From NCBI GenBank assembly GCA_964544225.1, contig CAZIZK010000001.1, positions 143,477-207,476 on the forward strand: a DNA stretch of 64,000 bases, given 5' to 3'. This document shows positions 1-9,947 of the stretch, piece by piece. How positions within the stretch are numbered: the stretch's first letter is position 1; each line of letters begins with the position of its first letter. The DNA comes from an uncultured Candidatus Saccharibacteria bacterium. Lineage in GTDB: Bacteria > Patescibacteriota > Minisyncoccia > Phycocordibacterales > UBA9973. A program made the position numbers and the translations under genes. The notes under the pieces are model-generated. The model made no database searches and was not told the origin of the DNA. It saw only the letters and a program-made list of their open reading frames with translations.

Positions 1-433
1 CCATCTTATGAGTGTCGTCACGCTTCTTAATAGCGATACCTTCGTTCTTTGAAGCGAGGATTAGCTCTTCAGCCAATTTGTCTGCCATAGGCTGACCCTT
101 CTTACCACGAGCTGCATCGATCATCCAACGCATTGCTAGTGCCTGACGGCGTTCTGGACGAACTTCACGAGGAACCTGGTAGTTTGCACCACCGATACGA
201 CGTGAACGTACTTCGATAAGTGGACCTGCATTCTTTATAGCTGTGTCGAATACTTCAAGAGGGTTTGGGTTACCTGTCTTCTCCTTCACAATGTCAAAGG
301 CTGTGTAGACTATCTTGCGAGCAGTCTCCTTCTTGCCATCTAGCATTATGTTGTTGATGAACTTACCCAACTTTTGAGAGTTGTAAGTAATATCTGGATC
401 AACTATATTTCTGTTTTTTACTTTTCTTCGCAT
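1..433 (-). CDS. rpsG: 30S ribosomal protein S7 (runs off the left edge)
   Basis: Reverse strand reads MRRKVKNRNIVDPDITYNSQKLGKFINNIMLDGKK...RRIGGANYQVPREV; lies directly downstream of rpsL. Confidence 0.97.
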   Translation of the reverse strand, partial: MRRKVKNRNIVDPDITYNSQKLGKFINNIMLDGKKETARKIVYTAFDIVKEKTGNPNPLEVFDTAIKNAGPLIEVRSRRIGGANYQVPREVRPERRQALAMRWMIDAARGKKGQPMADKLAEELILASKNEGIAIKKRDDTHKM

Positions 434-450
434 AATATATTATTTAAAAA

Positions 451-879
451 TTATTTCTTTGCAGCAGCTTCCTTTGGACGCTTGTTACCGTAACGTGAAC
501 GAGCCTTGCGACGCTTCTCGACACCTGTGGCATCAAGACGACCACGAACTATGTGGTAACGTACTCCGATCAAGTCCTTTACACGACCACCACGTAGCAT
601 AACTACAGAGTGTTCTTGTAGATTGTGACCTTCACCTGGGATATAAGCTGTTACTTCCATACCGTTTGTCAAACGTACACGGGCGATCTTACGCAAAGCT
701 GAGTTCGGCTTCTTTGGAGTGGTTGTTGTAACTTTTGTACATACTCCACGCTTGAATGGTGATGGATAATAGATAGGCTTGTTTTTGATAGCGTTAAAGC
801 CACGAGCAAGAGCCACCGCCTTTGATTTCTTGGTGATCTTGGTTCTTCCTTTTTTTACTAATTGATTTATTGTTGGCAT
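451..879 (-). CDS. rpsL: 30S ribosomal protein S12
   Basis: [19 protein letters not shown] and GGRVKDL motifs. Confidence 0.99.
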   Translation of the reverse strand: MPTINQLVKKGRTKITKKSKAVALARGFNAIKNKPIYYPSPFKRGVCTKVTTTTPKKPNSALRKIARVRLTNGMEVTAYIPGEGHNLQEHSVVMLRGGRVKDLIGVRYHIVRGRLDATGVEKRRKARSRYGNKRPKEAAAKK

Positions 880-958
880 GTTTAATTTATGTAAAACAAA
901 ATAGCCCGTAAAAGACTAGTAGGGATACTTTACTACAAAGCTTCTAAAATTGCAAGCA

Positions 959-1597
959 TTAGTGCAACCCTGTTAATACCGAGAAGAACCAGAGGATAAA
1001 TGGTGAGAAGAATTTCCAAACAGTTAGGATAAATAGCAATAATACGAACATCCCCCATTTCTCCAAAAAGTCCTCTATATATCGCCATTTTGCGGGTAGA
1101 AAGCTGAACAATATCTTGGATCCATCCAGTGGTGGTATGGGGATAAGGTTGAACATTGCCAATACTATATTGATCAGAACGATCGACATACTGATACGGT
1201 AAAACGGGTGCATAACAGAACCCACAAATTCAGGTATCCCCAGGTGCGGTGCAAGGCGTATAAGTAATCCAAATATTATAGCCAAAGATAGGTTCGCTAA
1301 GACCCCAGCAATAGATACCCAGAATGTCCCCCATTTCTTATTGGTCAGGTTGTCGGGGTTATAAGGCACAGGGCGGGCCCAGCCTATAACAAAGCCAGCG
1401 TTGGATAGTATCAAAAGTAGCGGAAGGATAATAGACCCAAATAAATCAAGGTGTTTTATAGGGTTCAGGGTCAGCCTGCCCTGTAGGCGGGCTGTCTGGT
1501 CACCATATAGGTACGCAACATAACCGTGGGCAAATTCGTGCACCACTACAGACATAATCAATACTATTACATAAAATAATCCGTCGATCGCTTGCAT
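959..1597 (-). CDS. Site-2 protease family (peptidase M50) membrane metalloprotease
   Basis: HEFAH zinc motif, NLIPIPPLDG motif, several TM segments; start moved to MQAID to avoid overlap with rpmB. Confidence 0.92.
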   Translation of the reverse strand: MQAIDGLFYVIVLIMSVVVHEFAHGYVAYLYGDQTARLQGRLTLNPIKHLDLFGSIILPLLLILSNAGFVIGWARPVPYNPDNLTNKKWGTFWVSIAGVLANLSLAIIFGLLIRLAPHLGIPEFVGSVMHPFYRISMSIVLINIVLAMFNLIPIPPLDGSKILFSFLPAKWRYIEDFLEKWGMFVLLLFILTVWKFFSPFILWFFSVLTGLH

Positions 1598-1631
1598 AAG
1601 TGTTACGTATATGATAGCATGGCGTTTATAT

Positions 1632-1877
1632 ATGGCAAAAGTTTGTGACATAACAGGAAAGGGTTCAATCATGGCTGGGGGCTACTCCAACGTAGTTCGT
1701 GCTACCAAGTTCAACCCAACAGGCAAGGTTCGTAAATACCCGAACCTACAAAAGAAGCGCATTTATGTGCCAGAGCTAAAGAAGTACTTTACCCTTACAG
1801 TATCGACTCATGGGATAAAGACAATCAACAAGAACGGTGCCTTCTCTGCCCTAAAGAAAGCAGGTATCATAAAATAA
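1632..1877 (+). CDS. rpmB: 50S ribosomal protein L28
   Basis: MAKVCDITGK...RKYPNLQKKRIYVPE...VSTHGIKTI. Confidence 0.93.
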   Translation: MAKVCDITGKGSIMAGGYSNVVRATKFNPTGKVRKYPNLQKKRIYVPELKKYFTLTVSTHGIKTINKNGAFSALKKAGIIK

Positions 1878-1885
1878 TCTTAAAA

Positions 1886-1920
1886 TAATAAAAGCCCTTC
1901 ATTACGAAGGGCTTTTATTA
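1886..1920. terminator. Bidirectional intrinsic terminator
   Basis: TAATAAAAGCCCTTC-attac-GAAGGGCTTTTATTA between convergent genes. Confidence 0.85.
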
Positions 1921-2778
1921 TTGGCAATTTATAACAATAGCGTTGCTTAAACACTCAATAGTGCCTTCATTATATGTTGCTAGGTATGGGATATTTAGTG
2001 AAGATAGTTTATCTAGGACTTCTGAGTGTGGGTGGCCGTATTGGTTATTGAGTCCTGCAGATATGATAGCCACTTGGGGTGATGTGGCCTTTAAGTATTC
2101 TAAAGAGGAAGAAGTGCGTGAGCCATGATGGCCAAGTTTTAACACATCTACATCCAAAACCTCTTTACCTTTATTCATTAGATAGAACTCTTTGCTAATA
2201 GGTGAATCGGCGGTCAGCATTATACTAGTGTTGCCATACACCAACTTACCAACTATCGATCCGTCATTGGTCTCCATATATTTCACATCACGATCTGGAT
2301 AAAGTATATCGAAATAAACATTGTGAACTGGGTCAAGCATGATACGCATACCAGCGCGACCATATATGTACGGAATATTTTTATTATTTATACTGTCTTG
2401 TAACTTTTTGTATATCTGACTCTTTGATACTCCGCCCGACTCGATAACAGTGCCCACTTGGTAAGTCTCGATAACATTTACAAGGCCACCTATATGGTCC
2501 GCATCTGGGTGTGTGCCTATCACTACATCGATACTCTTGTCGCCATATGGCATGACACTCGCAAGAGTCGGCAGAACTTTCGAGCCTCTACCCCCATCCA
2601 CCAATAACTGTGCGCCGTTGGGCGCCTCGATATATACACTGTCACCTTGGCCAATATCGAGGAACTCGACTTTCAATAAACGTTCCCGAGTATTTTGATA
2701 ATAGAAAATAAAAATCCCCAACACAAAAATGAAGAGGATTAGTATTCCTAAATATTCCTTTTTAATTCTCCTATTCAT
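1918..2778 (-). CDS. Stand-alone ComEC/Rec2-type metallo-beta-lactamase-fold nuclease domain
   Basis: N-terminal TM; FLDIGQGD, THPDADHIGG, LGHHGS and NQYGHPH motifs. Confidence 0.9.
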   Translation of the reverse strand: MNRRIKKEYLGILILFIFVLGIFIFYYQNTRERLLKVEFLDIGQGDSVYIEAPNGAQLLVDGGRGSKVLPTLASVMPYGDKSIDVVIGTHPDADHIGGLVNVIETYQVGTVIESGGVSKSQIYKKLQDSINNKNIPYIYGRAGMRIMLDPVHNVYFDILYPDRDVKYMETNDGSIVGKLVYGNTSIMLTADSPISKEFYLMNKGKEVLDVDVLKLGHHGSRTSSSLEYLKATSPQVAIISAGLNNQYGHPHSEVLDKLSSLNIPYLATYNEGTIECLSNAIVINCQ

Positions 2779-2779
2779 A

Positions 2780-4312
2780 TTATTCGAATTCGGTTGTTGC
2801 CGGAGGCTTTGGAGTCATGTCGATAAGTACACGAACAATATCTTTGTGTTGAGTTAGGGCACTGATGATTTCATTCATTACTTCCTCGGGGAAATAGTAC
2901 CCATTTGCTGTCATGAAGTCGACAGTCTGCACTGCACGGATAGCTATAGAGTGGCCGTAGACACGCTCGTCACCCTTTACACCTACAGAGTCGATACCGA
3001 GTATCGCTACTATTAGCTGTGATATCTCTTTGTTTAGATTATATTTCTCCAATATTTCTGTAACAGTCTTGTCGGCTTCGCGAACAATATCTAGGCGCTC
3101 TTTGGAAACTGGAGTACCCACGATGCGTAGGAATAATCCAGGCCCAGGGAAAGGGTTGCGCTCGTAAACTTCTTTTGGAAGGCCTAGAGTCTTACCCAAT
3201 TCACGAACTTCGTATTTAAATAAATGCCTGAAGGGGTGCAGGTCCGCCACATCCCAAGACAAGCCTACATTATGATGAGTCTTTATCAATACACTCTGGC
3301 CGGCCTCGCCACTCTCGATCAGGTCAGTAGCCAAAGTCCCCTGGACTATGAAGCCGGCATTGGCTTGCTTGATCTCGTTGTCAAAAATCTTCTTATAAAC
3401 TTCGCGGAATTTCGTACGCTTCTCTTGTGCGTCGATAGTTGTGGCAATATTATCGATAAATTCATTACCAGCATCAATAACTTTCAGGTTCGTAACACCA
3501 GTACTTTCCATATTCTTCTTTAGTTGTTCCACTTCACCAATACGCATACCACCTGTGTCTATGGCTACACATGTCAGGCGGTCACCCAAAACAGGGGCAA
3601 GTAATGCTGCAAGAGTTGTAGAGTCTACCCCACCGGACACACCCAATACTACGTTTTGCTTTTCAGATTTATTTACTATATCCATTACTTCATTCTGGAT
3701 CTCTTTGATCAAGTCTGTTGGATTCCAGTCAGGGGCTATGTGTGCAGTGTCTAGGAAATTCTGGATCATCTTCTTACCTTCGGTAGTATCTACGACTTCT
3801 GGGTGGAACTGTATACCCATTACCGAGTTGGCAGTGTTGGTCATAGCAGCGATACCTTTTGTTGTAGCGATAGATGTAAAGCCTGCTGGAAGCTCGGTAA
3901 CAGTGTCACCATGACTTGCCCAGACTTGTGTCTCTTTATTTACACCTATAAACAGTGGGTGTGTAGTATCTACACTTACCATAGCGGGGCCGTATTCACG
4001 GTGGCCATGTGGCCTATCAACTGTGCCACCAAGTTTATGTGCCAATAGTTGCATGCCATAACACACACCAAGGATTGGATATGAGGCCCCAGTAATATCA
4101 ATAGTTTCAGGAAGCTGTGGTGCCCCTTCGTTGTGAACGCTAAAGTTACTGCCGGAAAGTATCACAGCCTTTGGGCGGTTTGACTTGAGCCAGTTTGAGG
4201 CTTTGTCGGGTGGGAGGATGGCACTGCGTACAGATAGCTCACGAAGTGTACGCCCTATAACAAGGGTATATTGGGAGCCATAGTCAACAATTAGAACTTG
4301 GATGTCTTGCAT
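2780..4312 (-). CDS. guaA: GMP synthase (glutamine-hydrolyzing)
   Basis: DYGSQYT, GVCYGMQ, QFHPE, SGGVDS, IKTHHNV and KPPATTEFE motifs. Confidence 0.97.
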   Translation of the reverse strand: MQDIQVLIVDYGSQYTLVIGRTLRELSVRSAILPPDKASNWLKSNRPKAVILSGSNFSVHNEGAPQLPETIDITGASYPILGVCYGMQLLAHKLGGTVDRPHGHREYGPAMVSVDTTHPLFIGVNKETQVWASHGDTVTELPAGFTSIATTKGIAAMTNTANSVMGIQFHPEVVDTTEGKKMIQNFLDTAHIAPDWNPTDLIKEIQNEVMDIVNKSEKQNVVLGVSGGVDSTTLAALLAPVLGDRLTCVAIDTGGMRIGEVEQLKKNMESTGVTNLKVIDAGNEFIDNIATTIDAQEKRTKFREVYKKIFDNEIKQANAGFIVQGTLATDLIESGEAGQSVLIKTHHNVGLSWDVADLHPFRHLFKYEVRELGKTLGLPKEVYERNPFPGPGLFLRIVGTPVSKERLDIVREADKTVTEILEKYNLNKEISQLIVAILGIDSVGVKGDERVYGHSIAIRAVQTVDFMTANGYYFPEEVMNEIISALTQHKDIVRVLIDMTPKPPATTEFE

Positions 4313-4410
4313 AAATTGATTATATGTTGAAAATGCATTATCAGCAAATTGTTTATGGGTCATTGACAATACACTTTTGTAAGGATAGACTGCAAGAAAA
4401 CAAAACAGTT

Positions 4411-4773
4411 ATGAATAAAGATATGTTTTTTCAAGCAACATTTAAGGTTACAGATAATGTTGCTCACCAATTCCAAGAATGGATGGAGAAAGATCACTTC
4501 CCCAAAATGCATGCAACAGGGTGTTTCGCTGGAGAAGTAGGTGCAATTCAAAAGTTTCTGGATATGGAGTCGGCACCGGGGTGCGTACTTATAACTTATA
4601 TACACAGACCAAAAAGCATGGATGCGTGGAAAAGATATAATATGACCCCAGCATACAGAGTAGCTCTGAAAGATGAGTTTAAAAATAAATGGGGGACGTG
4701 GATAAATATCTACATATACACCGTTGTAATGATGGTTGGATATGAAAAAGATATCCCCCATCAGATTAATTAA
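4411..4773 (+). CDS. DUF4286-like protein
   Basis: Pattern T-F-x-V...F-x-x-W-M-x-x-x-H-x-P-x-M-x-A-T-G-x-F resembles DUF4286; own promoter TTGACA-17-TAGACT (4363-4391). Confidence 0.6.
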   Translation: MNKDMFFQATFKVTDNVAHQFQEWMEKDHFPKMHATGCFAGEVGAIQKFLDMESAPGCVLITYIHRPKSMDAWKRYNMTPAYRVALKDEFKNKWGTWINIYIYTVVMMVGYEKDIPHQIN

Positions 4774-4845
4774 TTAATTATCTCCGTTGAAAGGTTCCTG
4801 AGCTTGCTTAGGGACCTTTTTTATTTAAGTGGTATAATACAAAAT

Positions 4846-5439
4846 ATGAAAAAGTACGAAATAAAAAGTTTTAATATTGGGGAGTTAAAGGGTATAAGTA
4901 GCAAGAATATCGAGGAACACTTGAAACTATACGCGGGGTATGTAAACAATGCCAACTTGATAATAGAAAAGATTGGCGAGTATATGGATGAACCCGAAAA
5001 GAACATGTATGTGATAAGCGAACTGCAACGCCGGTTCTCATTTGAGTTCAATGGTATACGTAATCATGAGTACTATTTTGCTTCACTTGCAGGTGGTGCA
5101 CACCCTCTTCCAGAAGGCTCAACTCTAAAAGCACAGATTGAAAAGCAGGCTCCCTCATTTAATACATGGCTTGCGGGATTCAAGATGCTTGCACTGACAA
5201 GGGGTGTAGGCTGGGCCGTACTATACTGGGACAAAGAAAATGCTCAGTTAACTCATGCATGGGTAGATGAACAACACCTAGGCCAACTCAATGGACTCTC
5301 CCCAATACTTATGCTCGACATGTGGGAACATTCATTCGTTGCCGACTATCAGCCATCTGGCAAGAAGCAGTATGCTGAAGACTTCTTCACCAACTTGAAC
5401 TGGGAAGTAATAGAACAGAATTTCAAAAACGCACAATAA
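4846..5439 (+). CDS. Fe/Mn superoxide dismutase
   Basis: EEHLKLYAGY, NHEYYF, GVGWA and DMWEHS motifs. Confidence 0.92.
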   Translation: MKKYEIKSFNIGELKGISSKNIEEHLKLYAGYVNNANLIIEKIGEYMDEPEKNMYVISELQRRFSFEFNGIRNHEYYFASLAGGAHPLPEGSTLKAQIEKQAPSFNTWLAGFKMLALTRGVGWAVLYWDKENAQLTHAWVDEQHLGQLNGLSPILMLDMWEHSFVADYQPSGKKQYAEDFFTNLNWEVIEQNFKNAQ

Positions 5440-5452
5440 TAAACTCCACTTC

Positions 5453-5542
5453 AAAAACATTCAAAAATAAATCTCTTATCCCTCTACGCTCGCAAGCTCG
5501 CTCCGGCGCGCCCACACCTAAGATTTATTTTTGAATGTTTTT
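5453..5542. repeat. 22-bp perfect inverted repeat enclosing a GC-rich core
   Basis: AAAAACATTCAAAAATAAATCT (5453-5474) pairs with AGATTTATTTTTGAATGTTTTT (5521-5542). Confidence 0.85.
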
Positions 5543-5552
5543 TTCGTTACGT

Positions 5553-5718
5553 AACCAGTACAGAACACGAAATAGTTCTTGAAAAAAGACTTGCGCAGGA
5601 GTTTAGAAAATAAACGAACAAAGTGAGTATTATTTTCTTGAACGACGAGCAGAGGAAATTTTCACCAGAAAATTATACGTGCTTTTTGAAAGAAGCTATT
5701 TCGTATTCGGTGCTGGTT
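5553..5718 (+). repeat. Multi-branched palindromic element, copy A; overlaps the comEC 3' end
   Basis: Imperfect ~38-bp terminal IR 5553-5590/5681-5718 plus inner hairpins; shares motifs with 53626-53743. Confidence 0.75.
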
Positions 5719-7013
5719 TTAAAAACCCAATAAATAATCAATACATAAATCGCCACGAATAATATGAGTGATAATTTTGTAATATTTAAATTGGCATATG
5801 GTAATGATGCGAATATTTCAGTGACTTTAAAAGTGTAGGCACTGCCTATGTGTGTAACATAAGAAAAAGGTAATGCCAGCGTGTTCGATAGAAGGGCTGT
5901 GCTTCCAGCGATAAAACCAAGAAGCATAAGGTATGGGATAAATGGCAATATAAGTGCATTGGCAAACAGTGACACCACCGAGAAACTTCCCATAACATAC
6001 ATAATGTACGGCACGACCATAATACTTGCCGACACAGTAGATACTATCACCTCGCGGAATCCTTTGAAATTCGGTACCCACATAAAATACTTCATGACTT
6101 TTACAGGAACCATAATGATCCCAAATGTTGCAAGTACTGATAGATGAAATGAAACATCGAAAATACTCATAGGGTTATAAACAAGCATCACAAGGCATAC
6201 GAACAATAATGCCCGCAATGCATCGTATGTGCGCCCTGTGGAACGTGCCAACAATGCTATTACAGCCATAGCCCCTGCACGCACCGCTGTAGCCGAGGCA
6301 CCTGCCATAAGGACAAACAACAATATCGCAATCCCAGCAGAAACATAAGCAATCGTTCCATACACAACGAGGCCAATAGTCCTCATCACAGCCTCGGCGA
6401 CGACCATGACATTGTACCCAGACAGTGCCACTATGTGTATTGTGCCTGTGGTGACAAAAATCTCTTTGTCCTCGTTACTTATGCCACCCTTTGCCCCGAG
6501 CAATAATCCATCCAGAAATCCTGCATCACGCATGGGTAAAATATTAAAAAGTGAATCCTCGAATTTATTTCGGATAAAAAATAAACCTTTCTTTAACCTA
6601 CTACCACCCTCACCCACCTTTTCAAATTTAGCATTTTTGATAATAAAAAAAGTATCATAAACTTTTAGATACTTTACATAGTCGAACTCTTTCCCTGTAT
6701 TGGTTATAAAATTCTCAGGCAGTGTTAAGACCCCTTCGACCCTAACTACGTCACCGTATTTATATTTGAAAGATTCATTGTCTTTGTATACAGGAACAAT
6801 AATATTAAAATCGGTACCCACTGGGGTAACTGTATACCGTACCTGAGTGTCCCTTGTGTCTGGGTAGTCAGACACCTGTGCTGTAAAAGTAACACTACTG
6901 CCTACTGATTTATAGAATTTATCAGGAGGTGTAGGTAAAAAGTAAAAACCCCGAATTATTATAATAAGTATAAGTATACAAACTATTACAATTTCTTTTG
7001 TGTAGCTGCGCAT
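5673..7013 (-). CDS. comEC: ComEC competence channel (OB-like plus Competence domain, no MBL domain)
   Basis: FDYVKYL, GLLLG, TGTIHIVALSGYN, AVRAGAM and SFHLSVLATFG motifs; many TM segments. Confidence 0.92.
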   Translation of the reverse strand: MRSYTKEIVIVCILILIIIIRGFYFLPTPPDKFYKSVGSSVTFTAQVSDYPDTRDTQVRYTVTPVGTDFNIIVPVYKDNESFKYKYGDVVRVEGVLTLPENFITNTGKEFDYVKYLKVYDTFFIIKNAKFEKVGEGGSRLKKGLFFIRNKFEDSLFNILPMRDAGFLDGLLLGAKGGISNEDKEIFVTTGTIHIVALSGYNVMVVAEAVMRTIGLVVYGTIAYVSAGIAILLFVLMAGASATAVRAGAMAVIALLARSTGRTYDALRALLFVCLVMLVYNPMSIFDVSFHLSVLATFGIIMVPVKVMKYFMWVPNFKGFREVIVSTVSASIMVVPYIMYVMGSFSVVSLFANALILPFIPYLMLLGFIAGSTALLSNTLALPFSYVTHIGSAYTFKVTEIFASLPYANLNITKLSLILFVAIYVLIIYWVFKTSTEYEIASFKKHV

Positions 7014-7444
7014 GTTGTAGCTATAACATCGGCACGTTCATTGTGTACATGGCCCGAATGGCCCTTTACCTTTGCCCAAGATAGTTTACCCTCATATGCT
7101 CGAGTAAGGGCTAGTAATTCCTGCCATAGGTCCTGATTCAATACCGGCTTCTTGTCGGCCTTCTTCCAGCCGTTCTTCTCCCAGTTGAATACCCACATAG
7201 TAATGCCACCGAGTACATAGGCTGAATCGGCATGGATAACAACATGATTGATCTTATGAGAAATAATATATTTAACCGATTCGATAACTGCCTGAAGCTC
7301 CATCCTGTTATTGGTTGTTTGTTTATCGTGGCCACCGAGCTCGTGTATAACATTGTCCCCTGATACAACCACCGCACCGAAGCCACCAGGACCCGGATTG
7401 CCTAGTGAACTGCCGTCTGTAAATATTTCTGTTTTTTCTTGCAT
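6986..7444 (-). CDS. rnhA: Ribonuclease HI
   Basis: FTDGSSLGNPGPGG, TTNNRMEL, DSAYV and KVKGHSG..HNERAD motifs. Confidence 0.97.
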   Translation of the reverse strand: MQEKTEIFTDGSSLGNPGPGGFGAVVVSGDNVIHELGGHDKQTTNNRMELQAVIESVKYIISHKINHVVIHADSAYVLGGITMWVFNWEKNGWKKADKKPVLNQDLWQELLALTRAYEGKLSWAKVKGHSGHVHNERADVIATTCAATQKKL

Positions 7445-7536
7445 TGTTTTATTGTACCAGAAATTGTGTGTAATATAAAAAAAGACGACCTCGCGTGAGC
7501 AAGGCCGTTTAAAATGGGTTTAATAAAAAATTAATT

Positions 7537-7881
7537 TTACCAAGACGTGAGGTCAGGGGAAAGTTTTTGATTTAAAATTCTTTTAATCTCAAACAGGTTT
7601 AACCCAGGGATTATTGTTTTCCCTTTCAAAAATGATTCTGTCGCCTTAAGTTGCTTTTTGGAATCTATTTTTTCTAAATTAGATTCGAAAGCTTTTTTTA
7701 CGATTTCAAATTCAGCAGTTTTTCTTTTACCTTGCTCAGACAGAATATAAAGGATTTTAATCATTTCTTCAAGACGTTTTGGTACATCTTTCATTAAACT
7801 CTCTGCGGGAGTAGTTTGTTGTTTGATTGCCATTTTAGCCTTGTTTCTGTTGCGAATAATAATTTCATGTTGTCTTGGCAT
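7537..7881 (-). CDS. Hypothetical basic protein
   Basis: 114-aa AT-rich ORF filling the rnhA-recJ gap, with a downstream hairpin at ~7483-7510. Confidence 0.6.
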   Translation of the reverse strand: MPRQHEIIIRNRNKAKMAIKQQTTPAESLMKDVPKRLEEMIKILYILSEQGKRKTAEFEIVKKAFESNLEKIDSKKQLKATESFLKGKTIIPGLNLFEIKRILNQKLSPDLTSW

Positions 7882-7925
7882 TTTTAAAAAATAAGTGTTT
7901 GTTTGCCTACATATTAGACGAGAAT

Positions 7926-9581
7926 CTATACTATGTCAACAATGCGTAAACGGAGCTCAGTACGGCCAGCAAAAGTGCTCTTTTCAAAGGTTGCTATCAG
8001 GTTTATACGGCTACCCGCTGTGATCTTTGTATTGTATGAATCACGAGTTTTAAAGAAGGCTATAGCTTTTACTATCCTCCCCATTTCATTAATAAAGGTG
8101 ATCTCTAAGTGGTTCGCCTCTTTGCCAAACTCCTTTACACTATTAACCGGAACGTTACGAAACATGAACACCGGCTTTGGGTTACCCACACCGTATGGGG
8201 CCATACTTTCTATTACTTTATAATTGTCATTTGTTACGTCATCTATAGATATATCGGCCTCTACATTGTATGGCGACACCACCTCGCCATCCATAGCGAA
8301 AGTCTTATGAGCTTCTACCAACCTCTCCTCGAGAAAATGCACCTCTTCATGTGACACTGCGAAGCCCCCAGCCATTGCATGACCCCCGTGCTCTATAAGG
8401 CTACCTTCTGGCAAGGCTGACATCAGATCCACCAAGTTCAGATTGCCATACCCACGGCATGAGCCTTTTATAACATCGGCACCCTCCATACCCCATACAA
8501 ATGCCGGCTTTTTATATTCATCAACAATCTTTGATGCAACTATACCGAGTACCCCTACTCGCCATGCAGGGTTGCCGATAACCACTACACTCCTCTGTTC
8601 CCTCTTTGCCATTACTTTATTTACTTCTTTCATTATCTGCGCCACTGTATATTTGCGCTCGTCGCTTAACTTCATCAAGTGTTTGGTCAATACTCCTGCC
8701 TCAGTAATATCAGTCGTAGCCAACAATTCAAATGCACGCATAGGACTATCCATGCGTGAAGCAGCGTTAATCTTTGGAGCCAGAGTAAATGTAATATCAT
8801 CCTCTACCAGATTACTTATATCAAGCTTAACAGAACGCCAGAACTGTTGCAGCCCTGCACGATGATTCTTCTTTAATACTTTCAATCCATAGTATGCGAG
8901 GACCCTGTTCTCATCCAACAGGGGCACCTGGTCAGAAAGTGTAGCAATACCTGCCATATCAAGTAGCCACTTCTCCCAACCTTTTTGGATATTCCAATAT
9001 TCACCATATTTAATAACCAATGCCTGGACCAATTTAAAAGCGAGCCCTGCGCCACAGAGCATCTTGTCGGGATAATTACACCCCTCCTTCTTTGGATTAA
9101 GTATTGCAAATGCGGGTGGAACAATATCGTGTGGTAAATGGTGGTCGGTAATGATCACATCGATACCTGCACTTTGGGCATTTGTAACTTCAGCCACAGC
9201 TGTAATACCTAGGTCAAAAGTGATCAGTAGATCCACCTTTTCATTTATGAATTTATCAATAGCATCACTGTTCAGTCCATAACCTTCGCTGTGCCTGTCG
9301 GGTATATAGATACTAAAGTTCTCGTATTTTATCTTCTTGAAAAAGTCGTGCATGATCACTGCTGCGGGGATACCATCGCAGTCGTAGTCGCTGTATATTA
9401 CTATCTTCTCACCCGCTTCGGTTGCCTCGTAAATACGGACGACGGCCTTCTCCATATCATGCATTAGGTATGGGTCGTATGTATGGTCCTCGTAAGATGG
9501 GTTTAGGAATTTGTCATAGTCGGCAGGCAGTATTCCTCGGTTCTTCAATAATAAGTCTAATAGTTCGGTATGATTTGGCAT
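7926..9581 (-). CDS. recJ: Single-stranded-DNA exonuclease RecJ
   Basis: DYDCDG, IITDHH, INAASRM, GGHAMAGG and PYGVGNPKP motifs. Confidence 0.97.
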   Translation of the reverse strand: MPNHTELLDLLLKNRGILPADYDKFLNPSYEDHTYDPYLMHDMEKAVVRIYEATEAGEKIVIYSDYDCDGIPAAVIMHDFFKKIKYENFSIYIPDRHSEGYGLNSDAIDKFINEKVDLLITFDLGITAVAEVTNAQSAGIDVIITDHHLPHDIVPPAFAILNPKKEGCNYPDKMLCGAGLAFKLVQALVIKYGEYWNIQKGWEKWLLDMAGIATLSDQVPLLDENRVLAYYGLKVLKKNHRAGLQQFWRSVKLDISNLVEDDITFTLAPKINAASRMDSPMRAFELLATTDITEAGVLTKHLMKLSDERKYTVAQIMKEVNKVMAKREQRSVVVIGNPAWRVGVLGIVASKIVDEYKKPAFVWGMEGADVIKGSCRGYGNLNLVDLMSALPEGSLIEHGGHAMAGGFAVSHEEVHFLEERLVEAHKTFAMDGEVVSPYNVEADISIDDVTNDNYKVIESMAPYGVGNPKPVFMFRNVPVNSVKEFGKEANHLEITFINEMGRIVKAIAFFKTRDSYNTKITAGSRINLIATFEKSTFAGRTELRLRIVDIV

Positions 9582-9609
9582 ACATACGATTGTATCATAT
9601 ACTATAAAT

Positions 9610-9921
9610 ATGAACGAAGAATGTATATTTTGTAAAATAGTAAGTGGCATTATACCAGCAGATAAAGTGTATGAAGACGATGATTTTGTATCATTCCTAG
9701 ATATTCACCCTGTAGAAGTTGGCCATGCATTATTGATACCAAAAGCACACTACCAGTGGATGACAGACGCACCTAACGAAGTCATATCTAAAATATTTAT
9801 ATTGGCAAAAGAAATGATGATCAAGATGAAAAATGAACTGCCATGTGATTACGTCCAAGTAAGTATCGTCGGTAAAGATGTACCACATTTCCATATACAC
9901 CTAATACCTAAAAAATTATAA
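9610..9921 (+). CDS. HIT family protein
   Basis: CIFCKI, GHALLIPK and VPHFHIHLIP motifs. Confidence 0.95.
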   Translation: MNEECIFCKIVSGIIPADKVYEDDDFVSFLDIHPVEVGHALLIPKAHYQWMTDAPNEVISKIFILAKEMMIKMKNELPCDYVQVSIVGKDVPHFHIHLIPKKL

Positions 9922-9947
9922 ATAAAAAATGCCCCATAGGGCATTTT

